Shown: positions 25,146 through 37,619 of the stretch, piece after piece | How positions within the stretch are numbered: position 1 is the first letter of the stretch | Layout of the letters: every line of letters begins with the position of its first letter | NCBI RefSeq assembly: GCF_048593235.1 | Contig: NC_133620.1 | Coordinates: 453,993,261-454,057,260 of the forward strand | DNA from: Sminthopsis crassicaudata | Taxonomy: Eukaryota | Direction: 5' to 3' | DNA length: 64,000 nucleotides | Made by a program: the position numbers and the translations under genes | The notes under the pieces: model-generated | Database searches by the model: none | What the model was told of the DNA's origin: nothing | Seen by the model: only the letters and a program-made list of their open reading frames with translations

Positions 25146-26784
25146 GTGAGCGGGCGGCGCGGCTCGCAGGGGAGGGGGCCTCCCGGCGCTCGGCTGGGCC
25201 CGGAGCCGCTGAGGGAGATGGCCGCCGGCCCCCCGAGGGGAAAGCCTCCGGGGCTGCGTCTTCTCACCCTCCGGTCCGGAGCCCCGCCGCTCCCTGAGCC
25301 TCCGGAGGCCGATTGTCCCAGCGCTCCTTCCACTGCAGGCGCTCCTCTCTCTGGGGGAGATAGAGATGGAAGGATCCACAGCATCGTAGTGGTTACAGAC
25401 TGGAGCGGGCCCATCTGGCAGAGGGGGAGACTGAGGCTGAGCCAGGGAAAGGGCCAGCAGCAGAGCCGGGCGCTCCCTCACGGCCCGGGCCTCCTCTGTC
25501 CGGGGCCGCTCCCAGGGAAGTCCCCCCCAGCTCTCGGACACCGAGCCTGCCTGGGCACTTCCCTTGGCCCGGCTCGCCTGTGGCGGAGGGCACGGTCGCA
25601 CCCCCTCACAAGGAGGGGAGAGGTTGGAGAGCCCTTTGTTCTAGGGGCGGCCAGGGCGAGTCGGGGCGAGCGGGAGCCCTCTAGGGGCCTCCCTCGGGTC
25701 CCACGGCCCGGGCGGGAGGAGCCTCCTTAGCTCGCCTTTGCACAGCGCCCTGTCCCGGGAGGGTCACTCCCCGACTGGCCGACACAACGACTCCCTATAG
25801 GAGGGGGCGAGCGCCTTTACCCAAGGCCCGTGAAAATGCCACGTTATAAATAAGTCACGGTGCTCCCTGGGAGCCTCTCCCTGCCGCCCTGTCACACTCG
25901 GCCGGCCAGGCGGCCAGCTGCCCCTTGCTAGGGAGGACGGGGCTCCATCCTCAGAGATGGCGAATCTCCTCGCAAGATGGCCGCCGTGGCGCAGGAGCTC
26001 TCCGCCCCTCCCCCAGCGCGTCCTGTCAGGCGCTCCCCCGCCTTTCCCAAGACAGCGCATCCCTAAGCCTCTTATGGGGAAGCAGAGATTTTGACAAGTG
26101 TCCCCTTCAGCGGCGCCGCGCCCTGGCCACAGCTGGAGCTCTGCCACGTCCTCATTTCACGCTGAGCTTGGTCCCAGGCGGCGGGGCAGCAGGAAAGAAT
26201 GGCTGAACACCCTGAATCACCCATTCATCGCCTCCTCAATAGGCTCCGGGGCTAAGCCCGTCTGGGCCCCTTCGGCAGGCCGGGCCCCCCTGTGAGCCGG
26301 AGGTTGCGGGAAACAAAGCGGTTCGAAAGGGCCTTGGGCCTTGGGCCCCCCACACAAAGAGCCCGGGGGGCCGGCTCCAACGGATTAAACTCATACCCTT
26401 TATCTAGTGGTAGTTGGGAATAAAGGATGGCAGCGGGGCGGGAGGACAGGGCCTGAGGCCCAGCAGGAGGCATGAATGCGCGCTCCGGGGTCCCCTTCCA
26501 CCACCCGGCTTTCCTGGACGCTCCGCGGTTTCCAGAAAGGAAAATCAGGTTTTCTCCTGGAAAGTGATGTCCTTTCTTAGCCCGTGCGTCCTGACGTGGA
26601 GCTTAGAGCACGTGGTCGCAGGGCCCGGGAGACCCTGGGCAGGGGGCAAAGGAAGGGGCCAGCCAAGCTCCGGAGCCCCGAGGTGAGCGGCCGGAATGGG
26701 CCGGAGAGTCCAGTGGTCTGAGCCTCCTGTGTGCGGGGCACCGGGACCAAAGACAGACTGAAATAGCCCCTCACCCTCCAGGGA

Positions 26785-26902
26785 GGATGGAGGAAGCTCA
26801 CTGAGGAGGGGAAATAAAGAGGAAGAGGAGGAAAAGGAGGAGGAGGAGGAGAAGAAAAATAAAGGAGGAAGAAAAGGAGGAGGAGGAAGAGGAGAAGAGG
26901 AG
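26785..26902. repeat. GAG/GAA-rich low-complexity tract
   Basis: gaggaggaaaaggaggaggaggaggagaag... Confidence 0.75.
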
Positions 26903-27816
26903 GGTCCACCTGAAGCAGTCCCAGCCCAGGGCACTGGGAGGACAGGCAGGGCACTAGGAAGGGCCTCCGATGTTGGGGTTTGGGCGCCGGGGCTGGCACA
27001 GAAGCCCGAGGTGGGAGATGGAACAGAAAGGTCCAGGCTGGCCAAAGGGGGCGTGCAGGAAGGGAGCCAGCATGGCTGCAAAGACAGATCAGAGCCAGGT
27101 AGCAAAGGACCGGGGGCTGCCTTATCTCGGAGGGGATGGGAGCCCCTGGGATTGAGGCAGTAGGAGAGTGGCAGCCCAGCCACTCTGAGGCTGAGGGAAA
27201 CTGAGGCACAGGGAAGCGAGGATCCTGCTATGGCCAACCCCATGATCAACTACCCAGGCCTGGGCATCCTAGGACCCGCGTTCAAATCCTGTTTCTAATG
27301 TTATTCCCTATGTGACCTTGGCCGAGACACTTCCTTGGGTCTCTGCTCCTTGCGAACGTGATGAGGGGTTGACGATCCTTTTGGCTCTAACTCTGTGATC
27401 TTGATCGGGAGAGGGCGACAGAAGGATCCCCACATCCGCTCCCAGAGCCCGGCCTCGGCCCGGGAGGAGACTCTCCCCCGGACAACCAGGCGCCCCGTTG
27501 CTTCTTAGACCGACCCGGAGCCGGCTCCGGCTGCTGAGGGACCCGCCTTCCCTGAGGGCCGGAGAGACAGCGAGGGCTCTGCATCCAGAGGGCCCTGAAC
27601 AGAGAGGGAGGCGTAGTGGGCCCCACGGTCCCAGGGTGGCTGCGCCCACTTAAGAGCCGGCTGTCCAACAGACTGGACGTGCGGACCAGACGAGGCTGTC
27701 ATGAGTGGCCTCTCTTAGCGGTATCCAGAGTCCCAGGGGAAGAGACCACTCGCCCCAGGGCACGAAAGTGCCCCCAGGGGCTCAGCTGGGCTAGGCCGAG
27801 AAGGCCAGCCATGTTA

Positions 27817-29516
27817 CCCACTGGGCTGGGGGCTCCATCCTCCATCCCCAAACCGGGTCCCCCCTGGGCCTTCCCCACTGGGCTGGGGCTCCCTGTCTGA
27901 CATCCTGGGCCAGGTCCCCCGGGCCTTCCCCACTGGGCTGGGGGCTCCTTGTCTGACATCCTGGGCCAGGTCCCCCGGGCCTTCCCCACTGGGCTGGGGC
28001 TCCCTGTCTGACATCCTGGGCCAGGTCCCCCGGGCCTTCCCCACTGGGCTGGGGGCTCCATCCTCCATCCCCAGGCCGGGTCCCCTGGGCTATCCCCACT
28101 GGGCTGGGGCTCCCTGTCTGACATCCTGGGCTGGGTCCCCCCCTGGGCCTTCCCCACTGGGCTGGGGCTCCATCCTCCATCCCCAGGCCGGGTCCCCTGG
28201 GCTATCCCCACTGGGCTGGGGCTCCCTGTCTGACATCCTGGGCCAGGTCCCCCGGGCCTTCCCCACTGGGCTGGGGGCTCCATCCTCCATCCCCAGGCCG
28301 GGTCCCCTGGGCTATCCCCACTGGGCTGGGGCTCCCTGTCTGACATCCTGGGCTGGGTCCCCCCCTGGGCCTTCCCCACTGGGCTGGGGCTCCATCCTCC
28401 ATCCCCAGGCCGGGTCCCCTGGGCTATCCCCACTGGGCTGGGGCTCCCTGTCTGACATCCTGGGCCAGGTCCCCCGGGCCTTCCCCACTGGGCTGGGGGC
28501 TCCATCCTCCATCCCCAAACCGGGTCCCCCCTGGGCCTTCCCCACTGGGCTGGGGCTCCCTGTCTGACATCCTGGGCTGGGTCCCCCCCTGGGCTATCCC
28601 CACTGGGCTGGGGCTCCTTGTCTGACATCCTGGGCCGGGTCCCCCCTGGGCCTTCCCCACTGGGCTGGGGCTCCATCCTCCATCCCCAGGCCGGGTCCCC
28701 TGGGCTATCCCCACTGGGCTGGGGCTCCCTGTCTGACATCCTGGGCCAGGTCCCCCGGGCCTTCCCCACTGGGCTGGGGGCTCCATCCTCCATCCCCAAA
28801 CCGGGTCCCCCGGGCCTTCCCCACTGGGCTGGGGCTCCCTGTCTGACATCCTGGGCCAGGTCCCCCGGGGCCTTCCCCACTGGGCTGGGGGCTCCATCCT
28901 CCATCCCCAAACCGGGTCCCCCCTGGGCCTTCCCCACTGGGCTGGGGCTCCCTGTCTGACATCCTGGGCCAGGTCCCCCGGGCCTTCCCCACTGGGCTGG
29001 GGGCTCCATCCTCCATCCCCAAACCGGGTCCCCCCTGGGCCTTCCCCACTGGGCTGGGGCTCCCTGTCTGACATCCTGGGCCAGGTCCCCCTGGGCCTTC
29101 CCCACTGGGCTGGGGCTCCCTGTCTGACATCCTGGGCCGGGTCCCCCCGGGCCTTCCCCACTGGGCTGGGGCTCCCTGTCTGACATCCTGGGCCGGGTCC
29201 CCCTGGGCCTTCCCCACTGGGCTGGGGCTCCTTGTCTGACATCCTGGGCCGGGTCCCCTGGATTATCCCCACTAGGCTGGGGGCTCCTTGTCTGACATCC
29301 TGGGCCGGGTCCCCCCCTGGGCCTTCCCCACTGGGCTGGGGGCTCCATCCTCCATCCCCAGGCCGGGTCCCCTGGGCCTTCCCCACTGGGCTGGGGCTCC
29401 CTGTCTGACATCCTGGGCCAGGTCCCCTCTGGGTTATCCCTACTGGGCTGGGGGCTCCCTGTCTGACATCCTGGGCCAGGTCCCCCGGGCCTTCCCCACT
29501 GGGCTGGGGGCTCCAT
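27817..29516. repeat. Minisatellite (VNTR) of about 56-bp units, about 30 copies, two interspersed variants, in NXN intron 7
   Basis: Shared core ttccccactgggctggggctcc followed by variant A (ctgtctgacatcctgggccaggtcccccgggcc) or variant B (atcctccatccccaggccgggtcccctgggc). Confidence 0.97.
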
Positions 29517-29568
29517 GCCTTGTTCTACTCCAACTGCTGGTTTTGTCTCCTTCTGCCGGCTCCTGCAG

Positions 29569-29751
29569 GACGACATGACGGACTCCCTGAGGGATTACAC
29601 CAACCTGCCTGAGGCCGCGCCCCTGCTCACCATCCTGGACATGTCGGCCCGGGCCAAGTACGTGATGGACGTGGAGGAGATCACGCCGGTCATCGTGGAG
29701 GCCTTTGTGAACGACTTCCTAGCAGAGAAGCTCAAGCCAGAGCCCATCTAA
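29569..29751 (+). CDS. NXN: Nucleoredoxin exon 8 (terminal coding exon)
   Basis: tcctgcag|GACGACATG...CCCATCTAA; 183 bp, DDMTDSLRDYTNLPEAAPLLTILDMSARAKYVMDVEEITPVIVEAFVNDFLAEKLKPEPI*. Confidence 0.97.
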   Translation, partial: DDMTDSLRDYTNLPEAAPLLTILDMSARAKYVMDVEEITPVIVEAFVNDFLAEKLKPEPI

Positions 29752-30859
29752 GGGGACCGGGGCCTCCTTGGACACTATTTAAGACTCGGCCGCCTCCTCT
29801 CCCTTTACGCCCTTGGACTTTTCAGCTGTTTCTGACGCGCTCCTTCGCCCTCGTGTGTGAGCTCCTGGTGGTGCCTTTTTAAAGTTCTGAAGGGGGCGCC
29901 TCCTTCTCAGGGGCAAGGGTCCGTGTCTCGGGGACGGCTCCTGCTCCGCGCTGATTTACTGGGCCAGAACGGGGATTTTTACAGGGAAATCCTGGCCAGG
30001 GTGCTCCTCCCCTAGGTTAGGCAGCAAGCAGGCGGGTAATTTGGCCACAGACTCCTGAGCACACACCCAGACTCTCCGGAAGGCTGGCGGTGGTGGTGCT
30101 GGGTGTTAGGCTGGGTCTTGGCTCAGGGAAGGGAGGTCACGGCTTCCTCAGGTCCTTCGGGTGCCGTCCTGAGCCAAGAGGGAACTCAGAGCCCCTCTCT
30201 TCTTCTCTGCCCCCCCCACTTTTAGGGCCCACCTTCTCCCAGGAACACTCCCGCTGCCTTTAGTCACACTCATGGCTGTCCTGGTTCCTCAACCGAGGAC
30301 TTATACCTTCTGTCCTCAGAGGGGCCCAGGACCCCGGCTAAGGTGGCGCTGGAGAGCCTCTCCAGGGGGTCCACTGGGACCCTTGGCGCCCCCAAGATGA
30401 AAAGCACAAGACGGCTCCCTTCCCAGAGGTGGTCTAGTATAGCCCCCTCCTTACAGAGGGGGAAACTGAGGCCCATCTAGGCAGACTGACTTGCCAGAGC
30501 TCCCACAGGTAATAAGCGGCAGAGCCAGAATTTGAACCCAGGCTCCCAGACTCTGAACCCAGCGTGATTTCCCCCGCATCTTACAACCTCCCTCCCACAC
30601 CAAAAGGCATCCAAAGGAACAGTGTTCTCTGAAGCCAGGAGTCCGGGCGGAGCTGTGCCAGGCCTTCCCTGAAGTGGGCACAGACCGGCCTCTGGGAAAG
30701 GGCCCCAGCCCCTTGGGGTGACTGCTCGCAGGAAGACCCAGCTCCCTAAAGGAAGCTATTGACTTTGCTCACCCTTGCTGTGTTGTTTTGTTCTTGTAGT
30801 TCAAAGGGTAGGAAGTTAGTCGTTAATGATGGCCCAGGTCTGAAATGCAGTCACTTAAA

Positions 30860-30865
30860 AATAAA
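30860..30865 (+). terminator. Candidate NXN polyadenylation signal
   Basis: AATAAA about 1.1 kb after the stop codon, followed by a U/GU-rich stretch (tttgggtttttc). Confidence 0.5.
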
Positions 30866-33800
30866 CCAGGCACCTTTGGGTTTTTCACTGGCGTGTAGAG
30901 TTCCTTTGTGAAGGGAGCTGTCGGCTACTTGTCCCCCCTCCCCGCTTCCACCCCCAAGAAGCGCCGTGTTGGTGCTGTTTGCGCAAGGCTGCTGTGTCCT
31001 GGGAGAGGAGAGAACAATTCTTATTTCTCACCGGCATTTAGGACCCGTCTGGATCGACACTCCCGGCCACGTGAATCCCTTCCCTGTGATCTCCACAAGG
31101 GGCATCAGCCCTCCGTGGGTTGCCCACAGACGCCCCCGCCCAGAGCCCTGACCCCCTTGTCTCAGTTCTCTGGGTATCGGGTGTTGGACTGGGCTTCGAA
31201 TTACCCACGGGAGGCCCTTCCTTATTGGAGATTCAGGAGAAGGGCAAGAACTCAGGGGCAGTAATGACTGAGAAGCTCAGCCGAGAGGGTGCGATCCTGT
31301 GGTTTCCCTGAGAACTAGTAGATGAGGAAGGACCCGCAGCCACATCTCGCTGCTCCCTGACCACTGTCCAGGCCGTTAGCCATAGGCTAAAACCACAGTC
31401 TGGCACCAAGAAGGTAAGGTCCCTGCGGGAGAAGGGAGCCCACCGGTGCAGCTAAGGAGGGTCAAACCGGCCTAGTTTGGAAAGAGTAAGTGGAGGCTCC
31501 TGTGGTGATGGGCCATCGATGGGGCTGGGAGCAGCTGCTGCACTTCCAGCCTGGACGAGGCAGGGAGATCCGGCTCTAGTTTAAAAAATAAAAGATACAG
31601 CCGTGGTTGGAAGCCCCCAAACCTGACCTTGGCCTAAAGCTCACCTGGTCTTGGAACATAAGAGTTGTGGCTCGCACGCTGGTGCGCCAAGTTTCAATCT
31701 GAAACGCGTCTCGGGGTGAGTTGAGGCCGGCTGATTGTTTCCATTGGGGCGGAAAGAGAAGAGAAAGGGGAGGCGGAGGGGGCCTCCACCTGCATCTTTC
31801 CTGCAAGCCGGCAGAGGATCCTGTGTCCCACTGAGCAGCTGCGTGTCCTCTGAAGCAGAAGGAACGAGACTCCTGCCAGGCGGCCCCTGCAGGAGCTGTA
31901 AGTGGACACCGGGCTAGCTCCGGGCCTCTGCTGGCATTTCCAGTGCCGGCTCTGGTGGGCCCGACAGCTACGTCAGCTGGAATCCGCCCGAGGAGCGTAA
32001 ATTGTTTGAAGGGAAGCATAAGTTACTCTGCAACATGGCCGAAGGCCGACTCTCTTCCCCCTCGTGCACATGTTCCTTGTCGTGGTTACACTGGGATAAA
32101 GAAATTAAAGATATAATACCACCAAGAGCAGAACAGGGCCTGGCCCTTGCCCAAGAGAGACAGATGTTGGTGCAAACAAAGTGGGTGGTAGGAGCACTTC
32201 CCCAGAGCGGCCCAGGAATACCTTAACATTCTTGTCACTAATTAGAAGCAGGTTAAAGCATCCCCTGCGCCCTCTGTACAGGCTCCCGGCAGCGGGAGAA
32301 ACTGCGCCCCCTATGTACAAGTCGGGGAGGCGGCTGAAACTGCCACCCCAAGGGTCCCCATTTGTTTTCTCCACAATGACTTCCGGATCAGGTCTCACCT
32401 ATTTACTAGACAAAGATTTTCCCAACTGTCCCCGGCATCGAGGGTCTGGGAGCCGACAGCAATGGTGGGAGCTGGTGCGGGGAGGACAGAAATCGCCGCG
32501 GGGACCCCTGGAACTGGACGGTTTAATTTTCCATTTCGGCGCCATCCGTGGCTCCCCTTCCCCAAACGCCAGCGGCTCATGCCGACTCCGGGGCACCATC
32601 TTCGCTTAGCGCAGGCTTTATTGTTTCCCTCTTGTCTAAAGACTCAAAGGCTTTCCCTCCGTCCCTCCACCCCTTCCTTCACACAGCCAGGTCCAGGCCC
32701 ACGCTGGTGCCAGTAGAAAGATTCCCAAAGCACCAGATTGGCACCATAAGGCCCGGGGAAACGGGCCAGGACAGATCAGCCCGACCGCGCGGCCCAGACC
32801 AGCACTCTCAAGTTGTTTCTGTTGCTTGGCTTAGGAAGAAAACACGTCTGCCGTCACATGTGTTTGTTACACACACGCACACAACCCCGTGTGTGTGCTA
32901 GCAGCGCCAGCGCCCCCCTCCCCAGGGGGAGCAAGGCCATCCCCCCCCCCATTCTAGACTACCCCAGAGCTGCAAGCGGTGGGTGCGAGCAGACAAAACT
33001 CCTTCAGGATGTTCGTCTTCAGCCTTGCCCCGGGAAGGGGGGTAGTTCCTGTGGGGTCTGCCAGCCCAGGGAGCTGCAGGTTCCCAAGGTGCCTCCGGCC
33101 TTCCCTTTGAAGGCTGTAATTTAAGGGAGGATTGGTTTTTTCCTTTGCTTCCTCCATGAACCACTTTATTGACCTGGACAAGGACAAAAAAAAGGGGGGG
33201 TGGGGGGGAGAGAAGAGGGCGGCATTCCAGCTTTCCCTGGAGCAGTCTGGTGAGTGAAAACTGCTGTCTTTAGGGCCAAATGGCAGCTGTTTATTAGCCC
33301 CGTTATTAGGGTTAATGGGGCATATGCGCATGCGTGGAGGGTAAAACCTAGTATTTTCCAGGAAACAAAAGGTTTGTTGTTTTGTTTTCGGAGCATTTTA
33401 TGTGGAAAACATCATACTGGGTAAATTTCTTTCATGGCTATTTTGGTTGGAATTTTACCCTAAGGGGGGCCGATATTACATGGGAGTGGGGGAGGGGGGC
33501 CTGGAAAGCGGGATCGCCTCCAAGTTTTTCTCAAAAATCAGGGAGCTAGAATAGACTGCCTCCTGAACCAACTCCCAAGCTCTCATGTTCCCGATGTTTG
33601 AGCATGAAGAAGCCCCAGCTATGTATGTGCCCTCTCCACACTTGCTATGGAATGCACCCCATACTAAAAACGCCCCCCTCGATTTAGACCGGGGCCTGCT
33701 CTTAAGGGCCTCTAGATTTCCAATTCAATTTCAGTGATGTTGGGAAAGGAAAAGAAAAAGTCTTTCCAGCCGTGTGGACAAATATACAGCCCAAGGCAGG

Positions 33801-36800
33801 TGACGGCAGAATCTAATTTAGCTGACAAGCGCCTTCCTGGGCTTCTCCCAAGAGGCAGTGTGGCTGATGAGCTGCTAAGCTGGGGCCCAGCAGGTCATCC
33901 TTATTTTTCAGGCATAATATGATACAAAAGACAAAGGCTTCCCTGACACCTGAAGTTGTGGTTTTATTTTTTTTTGTTTTAAATTCTTTTTCAGTACCAG
34001 AAGGTGTAAATAAATCAGGAATCCCCAGCAATGTGTAGAACTCATTTATATAAAAAAGTGTTTCTCTTCATAATAACCTTGAGAAGTAGGGCAAGTATGA
34101 GCATCACTTTACAGATTAGGAAACTGAGTCCGAAAAGTTGTCTTGTCCAGCCCACGTTGCTAGTTTAGAATTAGATTGACTCTCAAGAGCCATTCACTCA
34201 GCAAGCATTTATTAAGCGCTGTTATGTGCCAAACACTCTGCTAGGTGCTGGGGTATGAATAATAAACAAACAGTCCCTGGACTCGGGAAGCCTATCATTT
34301 CAGAGACATGTACATATACATTCAAACAATAAGCACTTGTTAAGAGTCGACGTTTTTGGTAGGCAGTGCCAAGGGAAGGCTGGGGCAGGTCCCTTTGCGC
34401 CATGATTTTGTATTCGGATTTAAGATGTACCAGAAAGTGCTATTCGGTCTCCGAGGACATATTTGTGTGTTGTCACTCCCATCAGTGTGAGCTTCCTGGA
34501 AACAGGGACTGTCTATCCTAGCTATTTGGACAGTACCTGGCATATGGGGGGCACTTAAAAGATATTTATTGGCTTGCCATGATTTGGGAAAGCGCCTCAA
34601 AAGGGAGATTATTGTGATTCTGAAGACAAGTGCAAAATTCTTTCCACTAAAACAGGATACCTCTTGGTTTACCAGGGATTGTCAGGGACTAGGCAGGAGT
34701 TGCATTTCAAAAACACGGAGTATCAGTTGCATCCAGAATAGTAAGGGGGCACCTGGAAGCCATGACATGAGGCAGTATGGGAGAGGGAGGAGGGTCCAAG
34801 GCCTCCCAAAAAGGAAGGCTCAGAAAAGTGACTGACCAAGGTCACCTCAGTAGAAAATGGAGGATGGGACCCAAAGCCACCTTTCAGATCAAGCCCCCTG
34901 AGCCTCCTGGGTCCCTAGACCGGGATGGGAATCTTGGCTTTTCTTTGGTCCTTGTGTCACCTGGAGCAGAGACTATATTTTTCCAAACCTCAGTTTCCTC
35001 ATCTGTAAAGTGAGGGAGTTGGGCAAGAAGCTCCTTTGAATTTCTTCCAACTTTCTAAGTGATAAAGCTACTTTTAAATCTTTGAAGAATTAGTGTCTCC
35101 AAAGGGCAGAAAACGATTAGAAGCTATTTGTGGACAGATTTGAGGACTCTGGATCTTTCCAGTGAGGTAAGAAGTTCTTGGTGACTGCAAGCGTATGCAG
35201 GAAGAGGAGCTTTTTTCAAAGTTCCTATAAAGGAATTCATGCTTTGCTAGGTTTTAGACAGATGATTTCTGGGGTTCCCTTCACTTCCACACTTGGGAGG
35301 AGGCCGAGGTATATGGGCAGGACCTGCAGCATGGCGGCTCCCGACATTCGGCCGCTTGGACCCGTGCTGGAGTTAACAACAGCTGAGCAACTGCTGCTGT
35401 GGCTCTCTTTCACGTATCCAGTTTCCTTGCCACGGAGCAGATGAGGAGCTGCTGCTTCTCCGTTTTCCATGGTTATTGTTCTTCCCGGTTGTTCGGCGAG
35501 CGTGGATTTCCCGAGCAAAGCCCCATTTTGAATCGTTCAGAGCCATGGGCTCGCCGCTCTCGTAGCTCTCCGGCATCACCTCGGATGCACTGAGCAGGTA
35601 ACGTCGGGGTGCTAGTTCCCCCGCTGGGAAGAGAGCAGCTCTGGTGGGCCGGGGGCCCGCGGACGGACGGCTGTGCCTCATGGCCTCGCACGCCCAGGGC
35701 CCCAAAGTGAGTCCGAGGCCTTCACCAGGAAGACAGCTCCAAGTTCAGGATAAGCACACGAGGAAGGCCGGGTTTGCTCGCCCTGGCGAGCTGGCTGTGG
35801 TCAGGAAGCCTGGGAGCAGGTTGGTCCCCTGCATACCAGCTGCCCACTAGTCGACACTCCCCCTCCCCCGTAACCCCTGCTGGGAGAAGGCCCCTTTCTA
35901 AACATACACAGGGAGGATGACTAACGCTGGGATCACAGTGCCCAGATATTGGGGGGGTAGGGCAGCAGGTGACCCATGGCAGTCCTCCCTCCCCCGCCGA
36001 ACCCAAATCCTGGCAAGCAGCCTGCCCTTCTCCACCCCGGGACAAACATCTGCCGTTTTCCATTGAGCCCGAGCCCTGGGCCATGGCTGTTCCTGGTGGC
36101 TCAGATTAAATATACATGAGTCCTCCCCAGTGGGAGGAGGGTTGGCCAAAGGCAGGCTGTGGGAATGAATCTCCTTCCTTGTCTGGGGGTGGAAATCTGT
36201 GCGACACTGGTGTGTGCCATCCCCCACCATCGGGGCCTCCTGCTTCCCTTGCGTGTCAGGGATCTGTGCTCTCCGGGGTCCCCTGCATGGGCAGAATCCT
36301 CCGCTCACTCCCCACAAGCAGACACTGCTCCGGCCCCAGGGACAGGGCCCTGACACCTGGCCATCCCCATTTGTAGACTGTCCTTGAGGGGGACCCTCCT
36401 CTACCCCACCCTGGGCAAGGGAACCATGGCTTCCTTCACTCAAGGACAGCAGGAACCGGGATTGCAGCTAGAAAGGGGAACACGCAAGGACCAAGCGGTT
36501 CCTGAGCAGGGCAGAGATGGCACAGGTTGCAAAGGGGCAACTTAAGACTTGCTACCAGAGGCCGGATGCCCATCGGTCAAGTGCACTCCTCTTGGGGGGA
36601 GAGGGGACAGATAAGAGACCCGGAGATTGCCCCCTAACTCTGAGACCACCTCCCACCCCCACCTTTTCAGGATCTTCACCACCCCACCATCTTTGGCCTT
36701 GGCCAGATCCCCCCTCCCCTGGGGGAAGGGAGGAGGGGACATGGAGCCTGTCGGTAGTAATCCGAGTCCCTGGCATATTCTCGGGTTGCCTAATTTTGCT

Positions 36801-37619
36801 CCTGTGGAGGACAGAAGGTTATAAGTATTACTGGCTCAAGTCGTTGCAAATTAAGGAGAAACTCCTGCTTTCCTGAGTACAACCCCCAAGGGAGCTGGCT
36901 GTCTGCGGGGCAAGGAACCCAGGCCACCCCCAGCTGAAGCCCCTCCAGAAGTGGGCTCTGCAGGGGGCCGCGGGGGGAGGGGACGGCACCCCGGCAGCAG
37001 ACACATTCCCAACATACCAGGCGAGCGCGAGGGCCCAGGCTGCTGCAGTCACTTATCCAGAAGGAGGCCTTCTCCTCAGGCCTCAGGTCCCACCTGGCTG
37101 CTGCTGAGCCCGTCCATGGGGACAGCTGGCAGCGAGGCCAGCCGCCCCGGCCCCAGCCCACACCAGGTCAGAGGTGAGACCTCGGCCCCCTAATAAAACC
37201 CACTGCCTTGGTGAGCAGCGGCTGGAGGGGCCCTGCCTTCCTGGGCCCCCGGCCCAGCCCACAGGAGCTCTGGGACCACCTGCTCCACCGTCTAACTTTC
37301 TTATAAGGGATCCCCAAGGTCACTCCTCGGACCCATGCCTCCAGAAGGCATCTGGATCAATGGCCCTCCCCGCGCCCCCTCCCCCTCCAGGCTTCAGAAC
37401 GGCAGCCGCAGGGATCTCCTGCTTAATCACTGATGCTCTTCCTTTCCCGGCCATTGTTGCTGCTGCCCCCTGCTGGCTTTTTGCAGGGGAGGCAGGCTGG
37501 GGAAGCCACCCAGGGCCCTCCCCGATTTTCTCCAGAAAAGCATGAGCACCAGAGACACCGCGGCTTCTAAGAAAAAATATAATCAGAAATTGGGACCAGG
37601 TGACTGTCGCATGGCCCCC

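Noticed and set aside
18903-26500. Many 150-300 aa Pro/Gly/Arg-rich ORFs on both strands
   Set aside because: These are expected in DNA of about 70% GC. None shows recognisable domains beyond the true NXN exons they overlap.
27817-29516. CRISPR-like repeat-spacer appearance (constant core alternating with variable segments)
   Set aside because: The DNA is eukaryotic, and the 'spacers' are only two recurring variants rather than unique sequences. It is an ordinary variant-repeat minisatellite.
27699-29576. 625-aa minus-strand ORF (and overlapping 320-aa and 170-aa ORFs) with repeating QPSGEGPG and PAQWGRP motifs
   Set aside because: It is the translation of the stop-poor GC-rich minisatellite in shifting frames. 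The unit length varies and is not frame-preserving, and no promoter or splice support is visible.
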